A stretch of 47,920 nt of DNA from the IMG/VR virus record IMGVR_UViG_3300038974_000756, positions 1-47,920 of that record; one strand, given 5' to 3'. Every line of letters begins with the position of its first letter. The stretch's first letter is position 1. Origin of the DNA: a virus. Its lineage: Duplodnaviria > Caudoviricetes. Position numbers and translations under genes: made by a program. The notes under the pieces are model-generated. The model saw nothing but the letters and a program-made list of their open reading frames with translations, was not told the DNA's origin and ran no database searches. Shown here one piece after another: positions 38,165 to 46,314 of the stretch.

Positions 38165-38581
38165 ATGTATAAGCTAACTACAGACAGAATAACAGAAGAA
38201 AACATTACCGCATTAAAGGACAACGAGGTGTTCGTTTTTGGCTCCAACGAGTCAGGACGTCACGGACTAGGAGCCGCAAAAACTGCTTTAAAGTGGGGAG
38301 CACAATATGGAGCAGCAGAGGGGTTGCAAGGACAGACCTATGCTATCCCCACCGTTGATAAATGGGTGAAGAACAAGCTCTCCCTTTCGGAAATAGCAGC
38401 TTATGTAGACTCCTTTTTGCAGTACGCCACACAACACAGCGAAAAGAATTTTCTCGTAACAGCAATAGGGACAGGACTGGCTGGATGGACAGTGCAGGAC
38501 ATAGCTCCTTTGTTTGAAGAAGCTATAATGATCGATAATGTTGCCCTGCCACAAAGCTTCTGGGATATTTTGCTAGCATAG
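38165..38581 (+). CDS. Macrodomain-like phage protein (VFVFGSN family)
   Basis: NEVFVFGSNESGRHGLGAA...GQTYAIPT...VTAIGTGLAG. Confidence 0.7.
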   Translation: MYKLTTDRITEENITALKDNEVFVFGSNESGRHGLGAAKTALKWGAQYGAAEGLQGQTYAIPTVDKWVKNKLSLSEIAAYVDSFLQYATQHSEKNFLVTAIGTGLAGWTVQDIAPLFEEAIMIDNVALPQSFWDILLA

Positions 38582-38643
38582 CTCAATGGTAGAGCAGCTG
38601 TTTCGTAAGCAGCCGGTTGTAGATTCGATTTCTACTGCTAGCT
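38572..38643 (+). tRNA. tRNA-Thr(CGT)
   Basis: GCTAGCA/TGCTAGC-T; GCTGT-TTCGTAA-GCAGC; overlaps upstream stop codon. Confidence 0.9.
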
Positions 38644-38649
38644 TATCTT

Positions 38650-38732
38650 GCTTCGGTGGTGGAATGGTATACACATCTGGTTTAAGCCCAGATGCCTGGA
38701 AGGGATTGAGAGTTCGAGTCTCTCCCGAAGCA
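38650..38732 (+). tRNA. tRNA-Leu(TAA)
   Basis: GCTTCGG/CCGAAGC-A; TCTGG-TTTAAGC-CCAGA; long variable arm. Confidence 0.95.
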
Positions 38733-38738
38733 AATATC

Positions 38739-38824
38739 GCTGCTGTGGCGTAATATAGGTAGACGCGCTGCTTTGAGGGGGCAGTGGCCATAGTGTCGTG
38801 GTGGTTCGAATCCACTCAGCAGCA
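38739..38824 (+). tRNA. tRNA-Leu(GAG)
   Basis: GCTGCTG/CAGCAGC-A; CTGCT-TTGAGGG-GGCAG; long variable arm. Confidence 0.9.
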
Positions 38825-38850
38825 AACACGCTTAGGTGTTGGAATTGGGT

Positions 38851-38903
38851 GGTCGAACCCCCCGAAAAAGGTGAACTAATTAGCTTAAGGGGAGGGTTCG
38901 ACT
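38851..38903 (+). promoter_or_regulatory. RBS-sequestering hairpin with internal ACTAAT late-promoter-like motif
   Basis: GGTCGAACCCCCC pairs with GGGGAGGGTTCGACT, covering the GGAGG of the endonuclease; ACTAAT at 38875. Confidence 0.65.
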
Positions 38904-38905
38904 CT

Positions 38906-39640
38906 ATGATATGTAAAGCTTGTGGAAAAGAATTTTTTGAGGATTGGAGAAGGGATAAGGGAACAAAAAGAAAGCAGCCAATACCCACATACTGCTCCAG
39001 GGCCTGTGCAAATAAAAGAGTGTTTTCTAAAGAGACTTACGAAAAGAGATCCAGGAGTTGCATAGAAGCTGCCGAGAAAAAGGCGGCGATAGAGGGACGT
39101 ACACTTAAAAGATATCAGAAAAAAAGAAAAAGAGAGAAATTTATTGATAGGAAGGTAATTTGTGCAATTTGTAAAAAAACCTTTGAGATTCCAAAAGGGA
39201 AACATAAAAGAGCAACTTGTAGCCCTGCTTGTCTGTCAGCTCTTTTATCCAAAAAATCCCGTGAAGGGCAAAGTACAAGAAGGCACTCAAGAAAAGATTT
39301 TAACTACAAAGGAGTAATTTTAAATTCTTCCTATGAGAAAAAAGTTGCTGAAGAATTGGACGAGAACAGAATCAAATGGACTCGACCACATCCCCTGGTG
39401 TGGGAAGATGCCGAAGGCGTAACCCATCGCTATTATCCCGATTTTTATCTTCCTGATTTTAATGTTTTTCTCGATCCTAAAAATGATTATCTTATTAATG
39501 GCATCAACTCTTGGTTTGGCATATCTGACAAAGAAAAAATTCAAATAGTCGAAAAACGGAATGGTGTTAAAATATTAATTCTTTCAAAGGAAAATCTTCT
39601 TTGGGAAAAGATTCAAAAAGTCATAAATGAGGCTCTGTAA
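38906..39640 (+). CDS. Zinc-finger PD-(D/E)XK endonuclease (homing-type)
   Basis: CKACGK..YCSRAC, CAICKK..TCSPAC; NSSYEKKVA...YYPDFYL...FLDPKN. Confidence 0.8.
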   Translation: MICKACGKEFFEDWRRDKGTKRKQPIPTYCSRACANKRVFSKETYEKRSRSCIEAAEKKAAIEGRTLKRYQKKRKREKFIDRKVICAICKKTFEIPKGKHKRATCSPACLSALLSKKSREGQSTRRHSRKDFNYKGVILNSSYEKKVAEELDENRIKWTRPHPLVWEDAEGVTHRYYPDFYLPDFNVFLDPKNDYLINGINSWFGISDKEKIQIVEKRNGVKILILSKENLLWEKIQKVINEAL

Positions 39641-39705
39641 TCCAATCTGGTAGAGATAGGCGCCCTAGAAGCGTTAAAGTGTCGGTTCGAATCCGACCAG
39701 AGCTA
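39631..39705 (+). tRNA. tRNA-Leu(TAG), short variable arm, C33
   Basis: GGCTCTG/CAGAGCT-A; GGCGC-CCTAGAA-GCGTT. Confidence 0.8.
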
Positions 39706-39712
39706 TAACAAC

Positions 39713-39787
39713 GCTCCTCTAGACCAATTGGTAGTAGTCAACAGTCCCAAACACTGTGTAGTCTGAGTTCAAATCTCAGGGGGAGTA
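39713..39787 (+). tRNA. tRNA-Leu(CAA), short variable arm, C33
   Basis: GCTCCTC/GGGGAGT-A; ACAGT-CCCAAAC-ACTGT. Confidence 0.75.
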
Positions 39788-39791
39788 TATC

Positions 39792-39863
39792 GACTCTATA
39801 GTCCAACGGATAGGGCACATCCCTCCTAAGGATGCAATGCAAGTTCGATTCTTGTTAGGGTCA
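39792..39863 (+). tRNA. tRNA-Arg(CCT)
   Basis: GACTCTA/TAGGGTC-A; CATCC-CTCCTAA-GGATG. Confidence 0.9.
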
Positions 39864-39865
39864 AC

Positions 39866-39937
39866 GGTCTCTTAGTTCAATGGATAGAACATAACCCTGC
39901 GGAGGTTAAAATACTAGTTCGACTCTAGTAGAGGCTA
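39866..39937 (+). tRNA. tRNA-Arg(GCG)
   Basis: GGTCTCT/AGAGGCT-A; TAACC-CTGCGGA-GGTTA. Confidence 0.9.
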
Positions 39938-39955
39938 ACTATATGGAGGAGTAAT

Positions 39956-40360
39956 ATGGAACAAGTGAAGCAGGTTATAATTATCAGACGCGATTTGAAG
40001 ATGAGACGTGGGAAAGAGATTGCTCAAGGAGCTCATGCTTCGATGAAAGTTATTTTCGATAGGCTGGAATATAAAAAAGACATAGACAATGGTAACACTG
40101 CTGTGTATCAGCTTAATGTATCCCAGGCAATAAGCTCTTGGATAGATGGAATATTCACCAAAGTAGTTGTGTATGTCAACTCCTTAGAAGAGCTTGAAGA
40201 GCTTGCCGCAGCAGCGGAAAAAGCAGGCATTCCCCATGCAGTAATTACTGATGTAGGTAATACAGAATTCCACGGAGTGCCTACTAAAACAGCGTTAGCT
40301 ATCGGACCTGACGATGCCGATATTATAGATGAAATCACTAGCCACTTGCCTTTGTATTAA
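39956..40360 (+). CDS. pth2: Peptidyl-tRNA hydrolase, Pth2 type
   Basis: KQVIIIRRDLKMRRGKEIAQGAHAS...KVVV...TDVGNTEF..TALAIGP...ITSHLPLY. Confidence 0.92.
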   Translation: MEQVKQVIIIRRDLKMRRGKEIAQGAHASMKVIFDRLEYKKDIDNGNTAVYQLNVSQAISSWIDGIFTKVVVYVNSLEELEELAAAAEKAGIPHAVITDVGNTEFHGVPTKTALAIGPDDADIIDEITSHLPLY

Positions 40361-40476
40361 ATGAGGAGAGAAACATGTCACGAGAACGGTACATTATAGC
40401 CTATCAAACGGATAGCAATTGAAATAAGCCACTTGCCGGGTGGAATCACAGAAAGTATTATGAATGCAAATTCTAC

Positions 40477-40854
40477 ATGGGCAAGCACCGAGAGAACACA
40501 TATCCAAACGGGCATATGGGGCTTATTTTCCAGGACAAGGGTGCGCGATATATCATACGTGTTAACACAGCTGTTCAGCGCATAGCGTATGAATACAATA
40601 TTTTTACGTATGATTCTTTTTGGAATCATTTTGTAGGGCTTGTGGAAGAGATGTCTCTTGTTCCTGTCGGGGTTAATGACATTGCCACTTCATATGCTCC
40701 TACAGTAGAAGCACTATCATGTATTATTGCTGACTACAATCTCGAGAAGGATTATAAAATAGACTGTAATTACTTGTACGACGAAGAGCATATCATAGAC
40801 AAAAAGAAATTTGTAGAATTTCTTGATGCGTGGATACAAGAACCTATAGTGTAA
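40477..40854 (+). CDS. Hypothetical protein
   Basis: 125-aa ORF; stop overlaps next tRNA. Confidence 0.5.
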   Translation: MGKHRENTYPNGHMGLIFQDKGARYIIRVNTAVQRIAYEYNIFTYDSFWNHFVGLVEEMSLVPVGVNDIATSYAPTVEALSCIIADYNLEKDYKIDCNYLYDEEHIIDKKKFVEFLDAWIQEPIV

Positions 40855-40911
40855 TGGAAAGCACACAAGTCTTCGAAACTTGTAGTAAACGTTCAAGTCG
40901 TTTTAGGTTCA
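40840..40911 (+). tRNA. tRNA-Arg(TCG)
   Basis: GAACCTA/TAGGTTC-A; CAAGT-CTTCGAA-ACTTG. Confidence 0.9.
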
Positions 40912-41403
40912 CTTCTAGTTTCCTTATATTATATATGTAAGGAGAACTAGTATGGAAGAGATTTTATCCAAGAAGCAGAGAGAAGTATTGGAGCAACGAA
41001 CCCAGAAGATTTTCAGTAATCATCGCAGCGAGGGAATCACACCCGAAGATGCATTAATTCGTGCTCTTGAAACTCTTGAGGGGTATATTGAGGATCTTTC
41101 AGAAGGGGAATACAATGATATCATATCCACCATCTTTTGAGTCAAGCAATCTCTGTCCGTTTTGTGATAGCTTGAGCATTCTTCCTACGTACGAACGCTC
41201 GCAAGATGGAAACGCTCGCTATCGTGTAGTAGGGGATAACCTCTTTGTCGATTTCTTTCGCGACGATACAAGCATGGGGACAGCTACGTTTAAAATCAAT
41301 TTTTGCCCAGTGTGTGGTAAGGCGTTTGAGCATAGAATCGAAGAAGAGAAGCCCATTGAGATAAAGGTTAAGAAGAAATACGAAGACGAGTGGTAAAATA
41401 TAG

Positions 41404-41487
41404 GGAATGAGCAATTGGCAAGGAGTCAAGTTGGTTTGCTAAACCAAACGTGTGTAACAGCATTGGGGTCGGAACCCAGCCATTCCG
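41404..41487 (+). tRNA. tRNA-Ser(GCT), atypical D/T loops
   Basis: GGAATG/CATTCC-G; TTGGT-TTGCTAA-ACCAA; long variable arm. Confidence 0.7.
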
Positions 41488-41593
41488 TTTAGGCTGTGTA
41501 TACAGGAAAGTCTCGACAGGGTGTTCCTCTCTGGGTCGAGGTTGAAAAAAAAAGCAGCGGGTACTCGGCTACCTTGACAAGAGGTAATCACAT

Positions 41594-41664
41594 GGCTGGG
41601 TGGTGTAATGGCAACACAGGTCTCTCATAAGGACCGATCGAAAGTTCAATTCTTTCCCCCGCCA
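41594..41664 (+). tRNA. tRNA-Met/Ile2(CAT)
   Basis: GGCTGGG/CCCCGCC-A; GGTCT-CTCATAA-GGACC. Confidence 0.85.
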
Positions 41665-41680
41665 ACGTTATACTACTAGG

Positions 41681-41920
41681 ATGAAAAAGAAGTACATCAT
41701 ACAAGCATTGGCAGAAAAGTATGTAGTAGCTTATGCAGAATGGAGACCAGGACAAGCGGTGTTCAATGCAGCGTATGCCCTATTTCCTAATGAAGCTAAC
41801 GCTTTGAGAGGCTCTGATGTTGACCCTTTTTACCTAGATGATCGTATTGATGCATTTCTCAATTCATTTGAGGAGGATATTTTATATGAAGATTTTCAGG
41901 TTAAAAAGAGCTATCTTTAG
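41681..41920 (+). CDS. Conserved small phage protein
   Basis: WRPGQAVFN...DVDPFYLD motif. Confidence 0.65.
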   Translation: MKKKYIIQALAEKYVVAYAEWRPGQAVFNAAYALFPNEANALRGSDVDPFYLDDRIDAFLNSFEEDILYEDFQVKKSYL

Positions 41921-42326
41921 AAAGCTACACGGATATCAGGAGCGAGATGGTAAGGTATACTTGCGATTTCGACGTTCTTTGGAATGGAGGTTTAAGCCTG
42001 TTACTTCAAAACCTTCAGGAAAGGAGTATACAAAGCAAGCACTCTACCGCTGGAGAGCAGAGAATGAAAAGGCTCTGCGACATAATGGAAACGTATTCGG
42101 TAAATGGATTACTCGTGTGCTAAAATACACAGCGCCGCGACCATTAGAAGAAGGAGAATTATTTGCTTGTCAAGGAGTTCTTCTTCATAGGGATAATAAT
42201 GCATACTTGTCTACGTACATCGATTCATGGTCATTTTTGGATTACTCCCCAGAGGCTGATGATACTCTCTCTCTTACAGAGGTAAAGATCGAACGATGGT
42301 TTGAAAAAGATAGAAATTTTTCTTAA
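41886..42326 (+). CDS. Hypothetical protein
   Basis: GAGGAGG upstream of ATG 41886. Confidence 0.55.
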   Translation: MKIFRLKRAIFRKLHGYQERDGKVYLRFRRSLEWRFKPVTSKPSGKEYTKQALYRWRAENEKALRHNGNVFGKWITRVLKYTAPRPLEEGELFACQGVLLHRDNNAYLSTYIDSWSFLDYSPEADDTLSLTEVKIERWFEKDRNFS

Positions 42327-42359
42327 ACTTTTATTCAGCAGGGCTTATACTAATAGTGA

Positions 42360-42795
42360 AAGACACAACCAGCAATATATTAAACAGTATGAAAAATTGT
42401 AAAAAGCGTGTCTTAATTATTTAGATTTTTTACAGAAAGATGCTTACAGCAACATAAAACGAATACACTTTTAATGTATAATTGTTTACAGCATCTTGAA
42501 TATGATTTTTGATAGAGGAGAGATGCATACAGCAACTTAACCATAGATTTAAAAAGCGACGCTGCTGGAAACAGCAGAAAGACGTTGCTAAACTCTGGAC
42601 GAGGATAATCTCTACCGCATGAAGAGGGTTGATCTTCTTGCATCTCGATTTTCTATCAAAAAGTATTGATTTTTGAAAAGTACATAAAAAAGTATTGAAA
42701 GACGCATTAACGCGTCTTGAAACAAATTAACTTTAGATGGGCACACACAGCAATCTAACAAAAACTATCAATAGATGAAAGTAAAAATTGTGCCT
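42360..42795 (+). ncRNA. Tandem array of Y-RNA-like CAGCAA elements upstream of DUF2828
   Basis: 42360-42414 AAGACAC..CCAGCAA..GTGTCTT; 42437-42497 AAGATGC..ACAGCAA..GCATCTT; 42520-42646 GAGATGCA..ACAGCAA..TGCATCTC; 42699-42718 stem only; 42739-42795 GGGCACA..ACAGCAA..TGTGCCT. Confidence 0.8.
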
Positions 42796-42806
42796 AGGAG
42801 GTTTAA

Positions 42807-44297
42807 ATGAACACATTTATCAATTCGCTCAACGAAGCGGCGTCTCGCGTTCGTACGGAGAATGGTGCGGCAACGTTTTCAACAACTCTCTCACCACTTG
42901 TTGACCTCTTTTCCCTCGGTGGAGCATATCGAACACGCTCTGAGAATGAAGCAAAGCGGTTGTTTGCCCTTGCTTTCGATGAAGATCGTGAGCTGGCAAC
43001 AAAGTGCTTGTTCTATATTCGTGACGTACGAGGCGGACAGGGAGAGCGTAAGTTCTTTCGCACCAACCTTACTACGCTGTTTGACAACATCACAGACGAG
43101 CAGATTGCAAAGCTTTCCCTTCTTGTGGCTGAGTATGGTCGTTGGGATGACTTGCTTACTGTCTACGATCGGTACGCTGCAGTACGTGCTGTGGTCAAGA
43201 CTCAGTTTATTACTGACTTGAAGGAATACAAAGCGACAGCTGGTTCTATTTCGCTGCTTGCAAAGTGGATGCCCTCCATCAACACATCGAGCAAGGAGAC
43301 TGTTGCTCTTGCTAAGAGAATTGCAAAGGACCTTGGACTGTCCCACAAAGAATACCGACAGACTCTTGCTCAATTGAGAAAGCATATCGATGTTGTTGAG
43401 AAGAAAATGTCTTCTGGCAACTGGGAAGCAATTGATCTCGAGGCGCTGCCTTCTCAGGCACGTATGAAGTATAAGACTGCTTTGTACAAGCACCTTCCTG
43501 ATAAGATGGCTGCTCACATTGCTGCTGTGGAAAAGGGAGAGGAGAAGGTAAACACTGCTACGCTGTACCCATACCAGATTGTAGAGAATCTGCAGCCTTG
43601 GGCTAGCAGGTATTGGACGGCCAACTCTGTTACAGAGAAGGACAAGAGATTCTACGAGACGTTGTGGAACAACCTTCCTAACTATGTTGAGGAAAATCAG
43701 AAGGCTATTGTTGTAGCTGATGTATCTGGTTCTATGAGTGGAACTCCTATCTCCGTGGCATTGTCTTTGGCATTGTATTTCGCAGAGAGAAACGTAGGAC
43801 CATTCAAGAACAAGTTCATCACCTTCTCACGGCAACCAAAGTTGCAGAGCATTCCTTCTACAGGAACACTGTACGATAGGCTTGCTTCGATGGTTACGGA
43901 TGACTGGAACATGAGCACAGATATTGATAAGGTATTCGATCTTATTCTTGACGCGGCGAAAAATCCAAACGTTAAGAAAGAGGATGTACCTACAACAATC
44001 TTCATTGTCAGTGACATGGAATTTGATTCTTGTGCTAACCCACAGCAAACAAACTTCGAGCGTGCGAAGGAGCGCTTTGAAGATGTCGGGCTTACCCTTC
44101 CTCAGATCGTCTTCTGGAATGTAAGTGCTCGTAACGACTCCCTTCCAGTACGACAACATGAGAGCGGTGTGTCGCTGGTATCGGGTTGCTCACCATCGGT
44201 TTTCAGCTACGCTGTCGCCGGCACCACTCCTCGTGAGTTTATGCTTCAAGTACTAAACTCTGAGAGATATGCTCCCGTTGGAGAGGCTCTTAAGTAA
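42807..44297 (+). CDS. DUF2828 family TROVE/Ro60-like protein with vWA domain
   Basis: TENGA, FYIRDVRGGQGER, EYGRWDDL, SLLAKWMPS, TLYPYQIV, VVADVSGSM MIDAS, VSDMEFD, IVFWNV, LVSG. Confidence 0.9.
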   Translation: MNTFINSLNEAASRVRTENGAATFSTTLSPLVDLFSLGGAYRTRSENEAKRLFALAFDEDRELATKCLFYIRDVRGGQGERKFFRTNLTTLFDNITDEQIAKLSLLVAEYGRWDDLLTVYDRYAAVRAVVKTQFITDLKEYKATAGSISLLAKWMPSINTSSKETVALAKRIAKDLGLSHKEYRQTLAQLRKHIDVVEKKMSSGNWEAIDLEALPSQARMKYKTALYKHLPDKMAAHIAAVEKGEEKVNTATLYPYQIVENLQPWASRYWTANSVTEKDKRFYETLWNNLPNYVEENQKAIVVADVSGSMSGTPISVALSLALYFAERNVGPFKNKFITFSRQPKLQSIPSTGTLYDRLASMVTDDWNMSTDIDKVFDLILDAAKNPNVKKEDVPTTIFIVSDMEFDSCANPQQTNFERAKERFEDVGLTLPQIVFWNVSARNDSLPVRQHESGVSLVSGCSPSVFSYAVAGTTPREFMLQVLNSERYAPVGEALK

Positions 44298-44302
44298 ATT
44301 TT

Positions 44303-44330
44303 ATAGGTCAGAGAAATCTGACCTATTTTT
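44303..44330 (+). terminator. Rho-independent terminator
   Basis: ATAGGTCAGA-GAAA-TCTGACCTAT then T-run. Confidence 0.85.
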
Positions 44331-44381
44331 ATGTAAACAGAACAGCTCTCTGGTTTATATTATATAGGCAAGGAGTATGGT

Positions 44382-44708
44382 ATGGGTGAAAAGGTATATA
44401 GGAAAGTAGGTAGTAGATATAAAGAAATTGGGGAAACATTTGAAGGCTTTCCTGCTGATGGGGTGTGGCTCGTTACGAATGGTAAGCGTAATCGAGAATG
44501 TATAACGCATCTGTCTGATCTCCCTACTATTCCTGTATTGGCTACGTCATTCCGTCTCTCTATGAAGAACGCGGTATTGCAGGCTATTAATAGAAAGCTA
44601 GATGAAAAAGATCATTATGTATCCTTAAACGATATTGCTATTATTGCTTGCGACGCTGTAGCTGAAATATTAGAGAGAAATAAGGAGGGGGTATGGCATA
44701 TCATGTAG
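44382..44708 (+). CDS. Hypothetical phage protein
   Basis: VYRKVGSRYK..GVWLV motif; promoter and RBS upstream. Confidence 0.65.
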   Translation: MGEKVYRKVGSRYKEIGETFEGFPADGVWLVTNGKRNRECITHLSDLPTIPVLATSFRLSMKNAVLQAINRKLDEKDHYVSLNDIAIIACDAVAEILERNKEGVWHIM

Positions 44709-44864
44709 AAAAAAGAATCCCATACTACGCAGGAGAAGTCATCACTTTGTATTGGGACGGGGAACACTTTACTACATCGTGGAGGGCGCGACTCCTCTTT
44801 GAATCCAAAAAAGAAGCTCAACGTGTTGCTAAGGGAATCGAACAAGCACAGGCGGTAGAAGATC

Positions 44865-45137
44865 GTGAAGCATAAAACAGCACGCATACTACGCTTTCTT
44901 ACTCCTCATAGAAAGCGATTTATTCCACTAGGACCGTATTGTTATGATCTTATTAAAAATAAAGAAGGGGAGAGTTTGTATTCTCCTCCTAAGCGAAAGG
45001 TATGCCCATACTACATACGCGGGGTGCACGGGGAAACGCGCTGCTCATATTGCGATGATGGAGCCAATGCCCTTCTTGATGATATGGTGAAGATATGTGG
45101 TGAGTGGGAGAGTTATGATCTCGAGGAGGAAATATAG
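44865..45137 (+). CDS. Cys-rich hypothetical protein
   Basis: IPLGPYCY...CPYY...C...LLDDMVKICG. Confidence 0.6.
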   Translation: MKHKTARILRFLTPHRKRFIPLGPYCYDLIKNKEGESLYSPPKRKVCPYYIRGVHGETRCSYCDDGANALLDDMVKICGEWESYDLEEEI

Positions 45138-45263
45138 CTCTAGCAGCTCTTATAGAGATTGTCATAGCCCTTGTGTTTCTTATTGGATTGGTTATACTTA
45201 TGGTTATTGATCACTGAAGATGCCAAGCATATGTAGAATATCTTATTGAAAAGAGGAATAAGC

Positions 45264-45668
45264 ATGACTAGAAAAGTGATGTTCGATAAACTTATCCGCG
45301 ACAAGATGCCACCTCTTATTGAAGAGGTTAACTACATACATCGTGTTCCAGAAGACGAGTTAGTTTCCTATGCAGTTAAAAAGCTTGTTGAAGAATCCGA
45401 GGAAGTAAAAATAGCTGCGTTGCAATATATCCTAGGGAATTACACACGAGACAGGGTCATAGACGAGTTGGGTGATGTACTGGAAGTAGTTGACTTTCTG
45501 ATGCAGAAACTAAATATACGTAACGAAGAAGTGCTCTTGGCAAAAGAGGATAAAAAGAAGAGATTAGGAGGCTTCGATGAAGGCCTGATTCTCTCTTTTA
45601 TGGAAATATGGGACGGGGAGCTCGAAGAGGAGAATGTAGATGACTACATATGTAACACTGATTGTTGA
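45264..45668 (+). CDS. MazG / PRA-PH-like nucleotide pyrophosphohydrolase
   Basis: KLIRDKMP...KKLVEESEEV...DELGDVLEV...KKKRLGGF. Confidence 0.85.
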   Translation: MTRKVMFDKLIRDKMPPLIEEVNYIHRVPEDELVSYAVKKLVEESEEVKIAALQYILGNYTRDRVIDELGDVLEVVDFLMQKLNIRNEEVLLAKEDKKKRLGGFDEGLILSFMEIWDGELEEENVDDYICNTDC

Positions 45669-46314
45669 TGAATCAGGATCGATGGGAAGTATTCGAGAAT
45701 CAGCCATTTCTATGTGCAATGCCCAACTAAAAGCATTACGTGTGGCAAATGAGAGAACTGGGGGAGAGACACGTGTTACTCTCATATCTTTCAATGAGAA
45801 GCATAAGGTATTATTTGAAGATATCTCTGTTGAAGAAATTCCCTTGCTTCAAGACCATGACTACCTTCCTAAAGGGGGAACAGCCATGTACGATGCTATT
45901 GCATATGGGGTAGAGAGGCAACTCACATCTCATAAGCTACAGGAAGATGATGCTGTTCTATTCTTGATTATTACTGATGGAGAGGAGAATAGTTCCGAGA
46001 GGCACAAAGGAAATAATGGTCTTCACTACATAAGGGGACTTCTCGATGCTGTGCAATTTACTAATCAATGGACTGTCACATTTATGGGTACAGAGGATGC
46101 TCTTGAGGAACGAGAAAGCCTCAATATAGGTCTCGGAAATAGTTATATGTGGACTGCAAGTAATGTTCCTTCTGTATTGAATGCCAGTGTAAGCTCTATA
46201 AACAGCTATTATAATAGCAGAGCAGTAGGGGAAACGTCAACAACCTCATTCTTTGTAGACCCTAAAACTACCGATGAAGTCCTGCACGACGCGTACGGGC
46301 AACCAGCACCATAA
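45640..46314 (+). CDS. vWA domain protein
   Basis: IVDESGSM, GGTAMYDAI, IITDGEENSS. Confidence 0.9.
   Translation: MTTYVTLIVDESGSMGSIRESAISMCNAQLKALRVANERTGGETRVTLISFNEKHKVLFEDISVEEIPLLQDHDYLPKGGTAMYDAIAYGVERQLTSHKLQEDDAVLFLIITDGEENSSERHKGNNGLHYIRGLLDAVQFTNQWTVTFMGTEDALEERESLNIGLGNSYMWTASNVPSVLNASVSSINSYYNSRAVGETSTTSFFVDPKTTDEVLHDAYGQPAP

Noticed and set aside
39631-39705. Amber suppressor tRNA(CTA) and recoded genome
   Set aside because: Stem register centres TAG in the loop; long ORFs are intact in code 11 and several end in TAG.
41490-41590. Minimal RNase P RNA (CAGGAAAGTC...CTCGGCTA)
   Set aside because: P4 pairing fails and CTCGAC pairs locally with GTCGAG; too short.
42360-42795. CRISPR array
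   Set aside because: Units are paired stems with covarying arms and very different lengths, not identical direct repeats; no cas genes seen.
42891-43517. 208-aa antisense ORF within DUF2828
   Set aside because: Shadow ORF of the codon-biased sense gene; no RBS or motif.
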